From NCBI GenBank assembly GCA_030589165.1, contig JAUUWG010000001.1, positions 1 through 59,778 on the forward strand: a DNA stretch of 59,778 nt, read 5' to 3'. Shown in pieces: positions 49,102-57,027 of the stretch. The notes below the pieces were generated by a model. The model was not told the origin of the DNA and made no database searches. It saw only the letters and a list, made by a program, of their open reading frames with translations. Every line of letters starts with the position of its first letter. Positions within the stretch are counted from its first letter, which is position 1. The position numbers and the translations under genes are program-made. The stretch comes from Desulfobacterales bacterium. Its GTDB lineage: Bacteria; Desulfobacterota; Desulfobacteria; Desulfobacterales; JAFDHS01.

Positions 49102-49191
49102 CCAAGTATATAAAAAGACGGAGCGAAGCGACTCATCAACTTTAGTCACTTTAGCTCACTTTAGTCACTTTAGTCACTTTAGCTCACTTTT
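49102..49191. repeat. Family A half element abutting the cpaB stop codon
   Basis: GACGGAGCGAAGCGACTCATCAAC followed by 5 TTTAG(C)TCAC units. Confidence 0.88.
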
Positions 49192-50052
49192 TTAGGCATC
49201 TTTCATTACCTTTTTACTTTTTTGAATTCCTTTGATTATTTCTATATTGTGAGTACTCCTTCTCACTCTCTTTTTAGAAGCTACCCGTCTCCCCTTTGAT
49301 ACGGCCTTTTTCGGGGGTTCGACCGGGCGGTAGGCGGCAAGCGTTTGCGGAAAGGTTGCCCCTGTTGTCAGCACCGTTTCGGTATCCAAGGCATTTCTGA
49401 GGGCAAACCGGAGCTTCCCCTGCGAGGAGGCAAGGGAGAGTCTCTCCCCCTCTTCGGGCGTGACTTCCAGGGTGTAGATATCCACCGGAGCCGGTTTCCC
49501 GTCCTTATTTTTCCCAAGCTGAGTACCGGTTGCGAGCACACGCATGTTTTCAAAAATGGTCTTGTTTATCTTCTCTTTGGTTTTGGGATCGGTGGTCATT
49601 ATCATGATATCCACGTGATCACCCGGGCAGATAAGCCCGGATATCCCGAGGATTTTATTGCCTGCCACGGCCATGGCCCGTTTTCCGGGTTTTATAATTG
49701 CCGACACGCCGCCCCTGGTTACGCTTTTTGAAGCCAGCCTGGATTCCAGGATGAGCTCCTTTCTTTTCAAGGGCGTGATGACAACCCTTCCGGTCAGCTT
49801 TTCAGGGTCTGAAAAAGATCCGGGGGGAAGGCTCTCTTCAAAAAAAGGGACAAACTTTACCATCTCCGGTTTCAGTTTAGTCCCCCACGGCAGGTCCACT
49901 TCCGCCACGGCAACCCGCATGGCCTTGGTCTTTACTTTTAGCACTTTTTGGGGAGTCGTCTGAGTCTTCATCCACTTATATAAAAAGGTACTGGCAGTAA
50001 CAGCAATCAACAAAGCCAATACAATAGGACCCATTGCCTTCCACTTTCCCAT
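49192..50052 (-). CDS. cpaB: Flp pilus assembly protein CpaB/RcpC
   Basis: SAF domain (VAEVDLPWG), PGKRAMAV, PGDHVD, VLATG, TLEVTPEE, LRN. Confidence 0.92.
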   Translation of the reverse strand: MGKWKAMGPIVLALLIAVTASTFLYKWMKTQTTPQKVLKVKTKAMRVAVAEVDLPWGTKLKPEMVKFVPFFEESLPPGSFSDPEKLTGRVVITPLKRKELILESRLASKSVTRGGVSAIIKPGKRAMAVAGNKILGISGLICPGDHVDIMIMTTDPKTKEKINKTIFENMRVLATGTQLGKNKDGKPAPVDIYTLEVTPEEGERLSLASSQGKLRFALRNALDTETVLTTGATFPQTLAAYRPVEPPKKAVSKGRRVASKKRVRRSTHNIEIIKGIQKSKKVMKDA

Positions 50053-50083
50053 GGCGGTCTCCTTTTTCTTTTTTTATTTAAAT

Positions 50084-50662
50084 TCAAATGGGGAACCTGT
50101 ATCCATAAGATTCCAAAAATATATAGAATAATGTACCGAACGCGATGGCCAGGCCATAGCACAATCGGGGTTTTTTCTCGTTTTCATCCGCAGGAATCGG
50201 AATGAGCTGTCCCGTAAACGCGAATGTCTTGAGCGTGGCTGCATGTCTCGTGATAAAATCTTTGAAATATTTACAACTGATCAGAAGGAGTAAAAGCGCG
50301 TAAATCCCGCCGGCAACGGCGGTAAACAGAGAGGCGAGAAAGATGCTCTTGGGGCCGATCAGCGCCCCTACGGCTCCCATCAGCTTGGCGTCTCCCGCTC
50401 CCATCCCTCCCATCAGGTAAGGGATGATAAAAAGAGCGATACCGAGGGCCAGGCCTCCTGCGCTGAAGAGCAAACCGTCCCAGCCGTTTGTTATGCAATG
50501 ATAGGCAAGAGCTACAACCATGGCAGGAAAGGTGAGCAGGTTGGGGATTTTCTGTATCCGAACGTCGATTATCGCGGCAATGAGAAGAATACAGCTTAAA
50601 AATATGATTAAGAAAGGATCTGTTGGCACGGTTATGGCTGTCTCTTTAATTGCGGCCGTCAC
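50084..50662 (-). CDS. cpaA: Prepilin peptidase CpaA/TadV (family A24)
   Basis: DVRIQKIPN, MGAGDAKL, YGLAI. Confidence 0.92.
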   Translation of the reverse strand: MTAAIKETAITVPTDPFLIIFLSCILLIAAIIDVRIQKIPNLLTFPAMVVALAYHCITNGWDGLLFSAGGLALGIALFIIPYLMGGMGAGDAKLMGAVGALIGPKSIFLASLFTAVAGGIYALLLLLISCKYFKDFITRHAATLKTFAFTGQLIPIPADENEKKPRLCYGLAIAFGTLFYIFLESYGYRFPI

Positions 50663-50719
50663 TACGTGAGCGGCGCATTAACATTTTTATGATAAACACA
50701 ATTATTATTGATGAAGGTT

Positions 50720-50754
50720 AAGCATCTCCCATCATAATGAGAGGGGAGATGCTT
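50720..50754 (-). terminator. Stem-loop after flp (terminator or mRNA-stabilising hairpin)
   Basis: AAGCATCTCCC...GGGAGATGCTT 11-bp stem; no strong U-tract. Confidence 0.55.
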
Positions 50755-50773
50755 GCTACGCTATGTCAAGAAC

Positions 50774-50959
50774 CTATACACCTACACCCCCTAGAGTTGA
50801 GCCAACCGTATTGAATACAGTACTTGCTTTTTCTCCTATTATTTTTACTCCCGCAATGATTACTACTGCTATCAATGCAACCATTATTGCGTACTCAACG
50901 GCCGTTGCACCCTCTTCGTCCTTAAAGAAACCAATCATTTTTTTTGTCAATTTTTTCAT
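50774..50959 (-). CDS. flp: Flp family type IVb/c pilin 1
   Basis: FFKDEEG|ATAVEY Flp motif followed by a hydrophobic helix. Confidence 0.95.
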   Translation of the reverse strand: MKKLTKKMIGFFKDEEGATAVEYAIMVALIAVVIIAGVKIIGEKASTVFNTVGSTLGGVGV

Positions 50960-51032
50960 TTCTTAATCTCCCTTTCTTGTTTTAGGTTATCGGCTAATCG
51001 ATTTATTTATTATAAACCGAAAAAATATGTAG

Positions 51033-51048
51033 AGCAAAGAATATGCCA
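51033..51048 (-). promoter_or_regulatory. sigma54 (-24/-12) promoter for the flp-tad operon
   Basis: Minus strand TGGCAT-ATTCT-TTGCT, about 75 bp upstream of the flp ATG. Confidence 0.8.
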
Positions 51049-51153
51049 TGGATCTTAATGGTTTTTTAAAATATGTAACTTGCTGTATTTGTATTAATTA
51101 TGGCCCGGTAAAAAAGTTATTGAGTTACAGATATTGAAAAAAATACTTAATTT

Positions 51154-51203
51154 TATGAAACGTTTTACATACCTTTTATGTTGATTGTGAAAAATTTTAC
51201 ATA
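51154..51203. promoter_or_regulatory. Putative tandem enhancer-binding-protein sites
   Basis: TATGAAACGTTTTACATA and TGTGAAAAATTTTACATA, 32 bp apart, 105-155 bp upstream of the sigma54 motif. Confidence 0.5.
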
Positions 51204-51337
51204 TCTTTTAATCACGGTTATTTTAGTTTTCTTTAAATCATAGTTATTTTACTTTGTCCATAGGGGGGAGGACTCATTTTCATGGGTAAAACTCCCAAAA
51301 CAGAAGGGGGTAATACCGGGATGGGGTTAAACGTAGC

Positions 51338-51454
51338 CCTTTGAGCCTGTCGAATCAATCTATTTGGCCGGAAGCTCCGGTATCCTGGAGCCGATAACCC
51401 CATCATACTCCTGGCTGGAAATTATTGGCAACAGCCGGGGGAATCCCTCTATGG
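51338..51454 (-). pseudogene. Internally deleted duplicate fragment of the neighbouring GT2 gene
   Basis: 51384-51454 matches 52165-52235 (67/71 by eye); 51338-51386 resembles 51888-51936. Confidence 0.85.
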
Positions 51455-51610
51455 CATAGCACTAGCCGTCTTACTGAACAGATTGCTTGTATTCTTTCCT
51501 AGAAAAGTTACTGCAGCAAAGATTACTATTGCAATCAAAGCAAGCATTATTGCGTACTCGACAGCCGTTGCTCCCTCTTCGTTCTTAAAAAACCCGATTA
51601 GTTTTTCCAT
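51449..51610 (-). CDS. flp: Flp family pilin 2
   Basis: FFKNEEG|ATAVEY; AGGAG RBS before ATG 51610. Confidence 0.93.
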   Translation of the reverse strand: MEKLIGFFKNEEGATAVEYAIMLALIAIVIFAAVTFLGKNTSNLFSKTASAMP

Positions 51611-51641
51611 TGCTAAAACTCCTTTTCTTATTTTAGTTTGC

Positions 51642-51670
51642 CAAAAAAACCTTGCCCTCAGGGCAGGGTC
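51642..51670 (-). terminator. Intrinsic terminator-like hairpin just upstream of flp2
   Basis: Minus strand ACCCTGCCC-TGA-GGGCAAGGT followed by TTTTTT. Confidence 0.65.
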
Positions 51671-51774
51671 AGAGTTCAGTGCTTTTGACATCTATCAAAT
51701 GGACTGCAATTGCAACGGCAATAATCTTTTTGCTTAACCGTTCAAACGGGTGTTTGTCTTTGAAATAATAATTA

Positions 51775-52524
51775 TCATTCATATTTATTTTTTTCTTGTT
51801 TCCGTACTTTCGTGTTTTCGTGGTTCAGGCGCTTGTGTATTTTGACAAGATCGAAAAACATCTGCAGTGAGTCCAAAACCGGGTGGACCTTTGAGCCGGG
51901 CGAATCAATCCATTTGACCGGCACTTCCAGTATTCTGTAGCCTCTTTTTTGGGCCATGACAAGGATTTCAACGTCGTAGGCGAACCTGTCAATCCGTGCG
52001 TCCTTAAACAGGCTCCTGGCCGTATCTCCTGAAAATATTTTAAAGCCGCATTGGGTATCCAGAAAATCATCCAATACCATAAACCTGACTATTTTATTGA
52101 AAACCTTGCCCATGCCCTGCCTCCACCACGGCTGTTTCCTGATGAGTGTGCTGGACTTAAGTGCCCTGGAGCCGATAACCCCATCATACTCCTGGCTGGA
52201 AATTAACGGCAACAGCCGGGGAAGTCCCTCTATGGGGGTCGAAAGATCCGCATCCGTTAACAGAATTGCATCTCCTGTAGAGGCGAGAACCCCTTTCCTC
52301 AGGGCATACCCCTTGCCCCTGTTTTTCGGGTAGCGTATCATTTTAAGATTTGTAATTTCCGGCTTATAATCCACTACCACTTGGGCGGTATTGTCCGTGC
52401 TGCCGTCGTCAACAACAATTATCTCGTAATCCTCATTCCGGCCTGTTAAATAATCCTTGATCTTAAGCAGGGATTCTCCTATCCGACGCTCTTCGTTGTA
52501 CGCGGCAATAACTATTGAAATCAT
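51775..52524 (-). CDS. GT2 polyprenol-phosphate glycosyltransferase (dolichyl-phosphate beta-glucosyltransferase-like)
   Basis: AYNEE, VDDGSTD, NRGKG, TDADLSTP, DTQCGFK, FAYDVE. Confidence 0.9.
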   Translation of the reverse strand: MISIVIAAYNEERRIGESLLKIKDYLTGRNEDYEIIVVDDGSTDNTAQVVVDYKPEITNLKMIRYPKNRGKGYALRKGVLASTGDAILLTDADLSTPIEGLPRLLPLISSQEYDGVIGSRALKSSTLIRKQPWWRQGMGKVFNKIVRFMVLDDFLDTQCGFKIFSGDTARSLFKDARIDRFAYDVEILVMAQKRGYRILEVPVKWIDSPGSKVHPVLDSLQMFFDLVKIHKRLNHENTKVRKQEKNKYE

Positions 52525-52547
52525 GGATACTCCAGGTTGTTATTTTT

Positions 52548-53135
52548 TTTGACAGGATAACAGGATAAACAAGATTAATTGAAAATGCTGTTTGTCATCA
52601 TTTTAAGTCTTTTATTTTACGCTTAATTTCAACTTTTTTTTCTCCGAAATTCAGAATCAGGCCTATAGGCTTGCCTGTAGCAACAAGGTAATTAACCAGT
52701 TGTACTTCATGGGCTTGTACAATTTGTCTAACTGACTTTAATTCCAAAATAATTGTATCTTCTACAATAATATCGGCTACAAATTTCCCGACTACCTCAT
52801 TTTCATAATATACGATAATGGGCTGTTGTGCTTTTGTGTTAAGTTCCTCTTTACGCAGTTCGATAAGCATACATTTCTCATATACGCTTTCAAGAAACCC
52901 AAATCCCATTTTATTATAAACACGGAAAGCACATCCGATAATTTTTTCTGTCAACTCACGGCATTCCATTTTATTATTAACTCCCGAAACTACAATTAAG
53001 GCCATAACTACCCAAGCATATATTTTAAAATATTGAAGTCCCCGGGAAGTAAGTTTCTTAAGGAGCTTACCTTCTTGAAATTCTGAAAAATTTTTGTTCT
53101 GACACTTATCATGTTCATCCTGTTATCCTGTCAAA
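52548..53135. mobile_element. Candidate GxxExxY cassette bounded by 30-bp inverted repeats
   Basis: 52548-52577 TTTGACAGGATAACAGGATAAACAAGATTA versus the reverse complement of 53106-53135 (27/30); TATTTTT directly outside both ends. Confidence 0.7.
52598..52969 (-). CDS. GxxExxY protein (PD-(D/E)XK-like nuclease fold)
   Basis: GFGFLESVYE, ADIIVE, ILELKS, QLVNYL, GLILNFG; GGAG RBS. Confidence 0.93.
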   Translation of the reverse strand: MECRELTEKIIGCAFRVYNKMGFGFLESVYEKCMLIELRKEELNTKAQQPIIVYYENEVVGKFVADIIVEDTIILELKSVRQIVQAHEVQLVNYLVATGKPIGLILNFGEKKVEIKRKIKDLK

Positions 53136-54705
53136 TATTTTTATTATTACCCTCTTCATCCACGACCAGCTTTACATCAGGGTATTTTTGTATCAGGGGC
53201 TGGTTTTCCGGGGTGTTTTTCACAAATATATTAGCCACCTTATCGGCATATATCAACTTCCAGTCCTTTCTCTCCATAAGAAAGACTGATAATGTCGAAT
53301 TTGCATTGTATATAATCCAGTTGATTTTATATTTTTCAATAACCTCGTCCCAACCCGGCTTGATACTTCTTACCTTTAAATACTCTTTCATTCTGTCAAC
53401 TCCGTACATATCGGATCTGCCGTCAAAAAAGACCTTGAATTCCGGCCATGCAGAATAGATGATATAGTCGCCGAACTCATCGTTATCAAACATATTTCCT
53501 TTTAGATTCTCTTTTTTCATAAATTCTACGGCAGCCACAGGCTTGCTCTTTTCATCAAACTTAAAGTCTATTTTACCGCCTGCTGCAGAAACAACGACCA
53601 ATACCATTGCTGCAACCGGCCACAAAAAACCTCTTGCGAATGCATCCGTTTCGGAAATGCTGTCTGATCTTTTTTTGAGAAAGCCGGCAAATCTTCCATT
53701 TGCCTGCTCCAATATCAATATTAACTGTCTTAATAAAATCGGCGCGGCAATGATGCCCAAAAGGGGAATATACCTTACCGAATAGAGAGACATATTGGTA
53801 AACAGCAGGATTAAAAGGAGTTCTATAAAATTTATTTTTACTTTTGAACCGGCAAATACGGCCAGCATCAAAAGCAGGAGATACTTGAACGGCATCACCT
53901 CATGAAAGTTGGGTGACATGAACTCCGAAACATGATCCATGATAAACTTGTTTGAGACCAGGTTGAAAGGAAACATCAGAATATGGAAGCCGTAAGGGTT
54001 TATCAGGGAAACAAGAAGACAGGCAACAGTTGTAAGACCAAGCAGCCCGGCCTTTTTCTTATGAAAATCTTTTTCTTTACCCTGCGAAGTAATGAACTTT
54101 GCCAGATTACCAAACAGGTAAATGCCGGTCAGAATAAAACCGGCCAGGAAACCCCCATGCAGGTTAACCCAGAGGAGCATCATCAGCGGCAGGAGATACA
54201 GATAGTTTTTATTGTTATATTGATATTCATCAAGCAGGTAATACCAGGCTATCATCAGGACCAGTGAAAATATATGGGGCCTGGCCAGCCAGTGTATTTG
54301 TGATGACACGATAACGAGTAAAACGATAAAGGCGGCCAGGATGATATTGTCTTTGTCGGTACGGATTATTTTAAGCAGCAGGTAATAAACCAGGGAGATA
54401 ATAAAAGAGAAAAAAACAACGATTCCGGTAAGGCCGAAGGCCTGGTGAACCATCGCCATAATTACCTCGGAAAGCCACTCGTGGGCGGTCCAAGGAAGGG
54501 CAGGGGAGAGGAAGGAGAACATATCCTGCTTCGGGATTGAAAGGGTTTTTATTATGTACTCTCCCGCACGTATATGATAGCCGGTATCCCCGTCGTTCAA
54601 AAGCTCCTTGCCCGCGGAAAACGACAGAAAAAGAAAAAGGGCTATAAACATAATATCGGCAATTGAAGGTATTAAAAAAGAGATGCTTTTTTTCGTCTGA
54701 GTCAT
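53131..54705 (-). CDS. Polytopic membrane protein, GT-C-like glycosyltransferase
   Basis: DGDTGYH after TM1, HEWLSE, RPH, WVNLHGGF, INPYG, DGRSDMYG; many hydrophobic segments. Confidence 0.7.
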   Translation of the reverse strand: MTQTKKSISFLIPSIADIMFIALFLFLSFSAGKELLNDGDTGYHIRAGEYIIKTLSIPKQDMFSFLSPALPWTAHEWLSEVIMAMVHQAFGLTGIVVFFSFIISLVYYLLLKIIRTDKDNIILAAFIVLLVIVSSQIHWLARPHIFSLVLMIAWYYLLDEYQYNNKNYLYLLPLMMLLWVNLHGGFLAGFILTGIYLFGNLAKFITSQGKEKDFHKKKAGLLGLTTVACLLVSLINPYGFHILMFPFNLVSNKFIMDHVSEFMSPNFHEVMPFKYLLLLMLAVFAGSKVKINFIELLLILLFTNMSLYSVRYIPLLGIIAAPILLRQLILILEQANGRFAGFLKKRSDSISETDAFARGFLWPVAAMVLVVVSAAGGKIDFKFDEKSKPVAAVEFMKKENLKGNMFDNDEFGDYIIYSAWPEFKVFFDGRSDMYGVDRMKEYLKVRSIKPGWDEVIEKYKINWIIYNANSTLSVFLMERKDWKLIYADKVANIFVKNTPENQPLIQKYPDVKLVVDEEGNNKNI

Positions 54706-55025
54706 TTCATGGCGCCTTTCTGAATTTAAAGTTATGCTACAGTGAAATCACTGACAATGGGAAACTAAGAGAATGAGCTTAAAAAAGGGGATGAAAAGAA
54801 CTCCATTTTGGATTAAGGATCGTAATTTAAATAATTGTAAAAAAATGAGGGTTGTATGTCAAGCAACTCTGCGTTTTATTTTCTAACCGGAAATTACTGA
54901 GTTTGGATGTTTTTTTCAGTTGTTTTCTGATTTGGGTGTTGATATCTTTGTGAGGCATGAAAAAGTCTTCTTAAAGCTAATAACTTCCGTACCTTATTAT
55001 CCAACCAAAGAATTGGAGTCAGCCT

Positions 55026-56765
55026 ATGGACAAGACAAGTTTGCAAAAAACTGATTTAGCCCGGAAAGGTATTACCCGAACGGAATTGGGGTTGCTTGTT
55101 TTCATCACAATTGCTCTGGTTTTAAAATTTTACCTGATTTTTTTGCTTAAAATCGGCTGGGATGAATTTTTCTATCTTTCCAAGGTGTATACCTATATAC
55201 GCGGTACTCTTACCGGCCAATTCCAAACATTTTATGTTCACTTTTTTACCTGGCTCTCTTACATTTCCGACAATGAGGTAACCCAAGTTATCGCTGCGCG
55301 GTTAGTACTGTATTCGCTTTTTTTGGGGGCATGTATCTATACCTACCTGATAGGAAGACAGTTTTTAAATCGGTCTGGAGCTTTGTTCGGAGTCTTTTGC
55401 TATGTTTCCCTTTCCAATATAGTGGTGCATGGCACAAGTTTTCGAGCTGATTCTATTTGTTCGTTCCTTTTTTTACTCTCAGTTTATCATATCCTCACAA
55501 GCCCTCGCTCAAAGGTGTTGATCAGTTTCGCCGGTTTTGCCATGGCACTATCATTAATGGTTTCAATCAAGGTTGCATTTCACTTGCTGACGATCGGGGT
55601 CATTTTTTTGTGTTTATTCGTTCTTGCTGAGAACAAGAGAGATGTTATCAAACAAATGCTATTTTTTGCTCTCGCCTTTTTGGGTGGATTTTTCCTCTTA
55701 TATTCCTTTCATTCATCTACACTTCTCATTCCACAAGTAACTGGGGCAAAGCAATTTGTTAGTCGTGCCGGTTCAAAGGTTATTATATTGAACGATTTGT
55801 TTCCACAATTGCCATATCTGGCACTAAGCCTCAAAAAAAATATTTTCATCTGGAGTTTTTTGATATTAGGGATAATTATTGTTACGAGTGACTTAATACG
55901 TTCAAAAGGAAAACGGATAAATAGAAATCTAATATTGTATACTTTTCTAATTCCGTTGATCACTTTGATATTCTACAGGAACGCTTTTCCTTATTTTTAT
56001 GTGTTCATAATAGCGCCTGCAATTATTTTTTGTGGTGTCATCGTCCACAAAATGACAGAGGATTACAGGAGAACCGGCTCTGCTTTTTTGATCGTTTTGG
56101 TGGCTATTTATTCTTTTTCCGTTTGTATTAATTTTCTTTTTCATTATTTAAACAATTCTTCTGATCGCACAATTGCGCAAAGGGAGTTGCTGCAGGTTGT
56201 CCATAAAATTTTTCCTGAACCTGTCCCCTATATCGATGGATGTTCTGCGATATCTTCATTCCCAAAGGTTGGGCTTTTTATGAGTACATGGGGAATGGAA
56301 GGGTATCTCCAGGCAAACAGACCGATCATGCACAAGATACTGACTCAACGGCAGCCGGTGTTTCTTTTTGCAAATATTCCCAGTCTTGATCCCCTTTTGC
56401 CAAGGGAAAATGCATTTACAGCGATAAACTACGCGTTATTAGAAAAGGATTGGAAAGTTCTTAACTCAAATTTTATCCATCACTGGGGCATTCTTTATGT
56501 TGCGGGTAAACAGTTTAAATTTGATTCAGATGCAGGGTCCCAAAATTTTGAGATATTAATACCCGGCACCTATACACTTGAGGGGGAGGAAGCCGTTTTT
56601 ATTAATGGTGTTGTTTATGAACCGGGAAGTACGGTTAATCTTAAAAAAGGAAGCCATACCATCACTGTTCAATGCACTCCCACCAGGGCAAAACTTCGCT
56701 GGGGTGAACATCTTTATAGGCCATCAAAGGAACCTTGCGCCATTCCCATTTTTTATGGCTTTTAG
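55026..56765 (+). CDS. Polytopic membrane protein, ArnT/PMT (GT-C)-like
   Basis: WDEFFY after TM1, FRAD motif, many hydrophobic segments, soluble C-terminal domain. Confidence 0.65.
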   Translation: MDKTSLQKTDLARKGITRTELGLLVFITIALVLKFYLIFLLKIGWDEFFYLSKVYTYIRGTLTGQFQTFYVHFFTWLSYISDNEVTQVIAARLVLYSLFLGACIYTYLIGRQFLNRSGALFGVFCYVSLSNIVVHGTSFRADSICSFLFLLSVYHILTSPRSKVLISFAGFAMALSLMVSIKVAFHLLTIGVIFLCLFVLAENKRDVIKQMLFFALAFLGGFFLLYSFHSSTLLIPQVTGAKQFVSRAGSKVIILNDLFPQLPYLALSLKKNIFIWSFLILGIIIVTSDLIRSKGKRINRNLILYTFLIPLITLIFYRNAFPYFYVFIIAPAIIFCGVIVHKMTEDYRRTGSAFLIVLVAIYSFSVCINFLFHYLNNSSDRTIAQRELLQVVHKIFPEPVPYIDGCSAISSFPKVGLFMSTWGMEGYLQANRPIMHKILTQRQPVFLFANIPSLDPLLPRENAFTAINYALLEKDWKVLNSNFIHHWGILYVAGKQFKFDSDAGSQNFEILIPGTYTLEGEEAVFINGVVYEPGSTVNLKKGSHTITVQCTPTRAKLRWGEHLYRPSKEPCAIPIFYGF

Positions 56766-56807
56766 GGATAGCTCTTCTTTTCTGTGAGGGAATTCCAATC
56801 AATAAAT

Positions 56808-56940
56808 GCAATACCGCAAAACTCACCCCAAAAAGTGTTAATGGCTATGAACAAGAAGTATAGACTTCAGTAAAAACGCAGGTTTTATCGTGCGTCAATT
56901 ATCGTACAAAAAAACCAAAAGGTGACTTTTGCGGTATTGC
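56808..56940. mobile_element. MITE-like or internally deleted IS with 20-bp terminal inverted repeats
   Basis: GCAATACCGCAAAACTCACC ... GGTGACTTTTGCGGTATTGC (19/20). Confidence 0.65.
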
Positions 56941-56991
56941 GTATTTTTCTATTGAATTTGAAAAAGGTTTTGATAAATTTGTCGACTGTGA

Positions 56992-57014
56992 TATGAGTAA
57001 TTAATTTACTCATA
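56992..57014. promoter_or_regulatory. Perfect palindrome, putative autoregulatory operator
   Basis: TATGAGTAA-TTAAT-TTACTCATA immediately before the AAGGAG RBS of the wHTH gene. Confidence 0.6.
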
Positions 57015-57027
57015 AAGGAGTTGTTGG

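Noticed and set aside
51611..51691. ORF-track N-terminal extensions of flp2 (and of tadB, recC, GxxExxY)
   Set aside because: Downstream ATGs fit family N-termini and, for most, have better RBS placement
51700..51765. c-di-GMP-I (GEMM) riboswitch upstream of flp2
   Set aside because: Only loose GACAAAC...GCAAA resemblance; lacks the GNRA tetraloop and receptor
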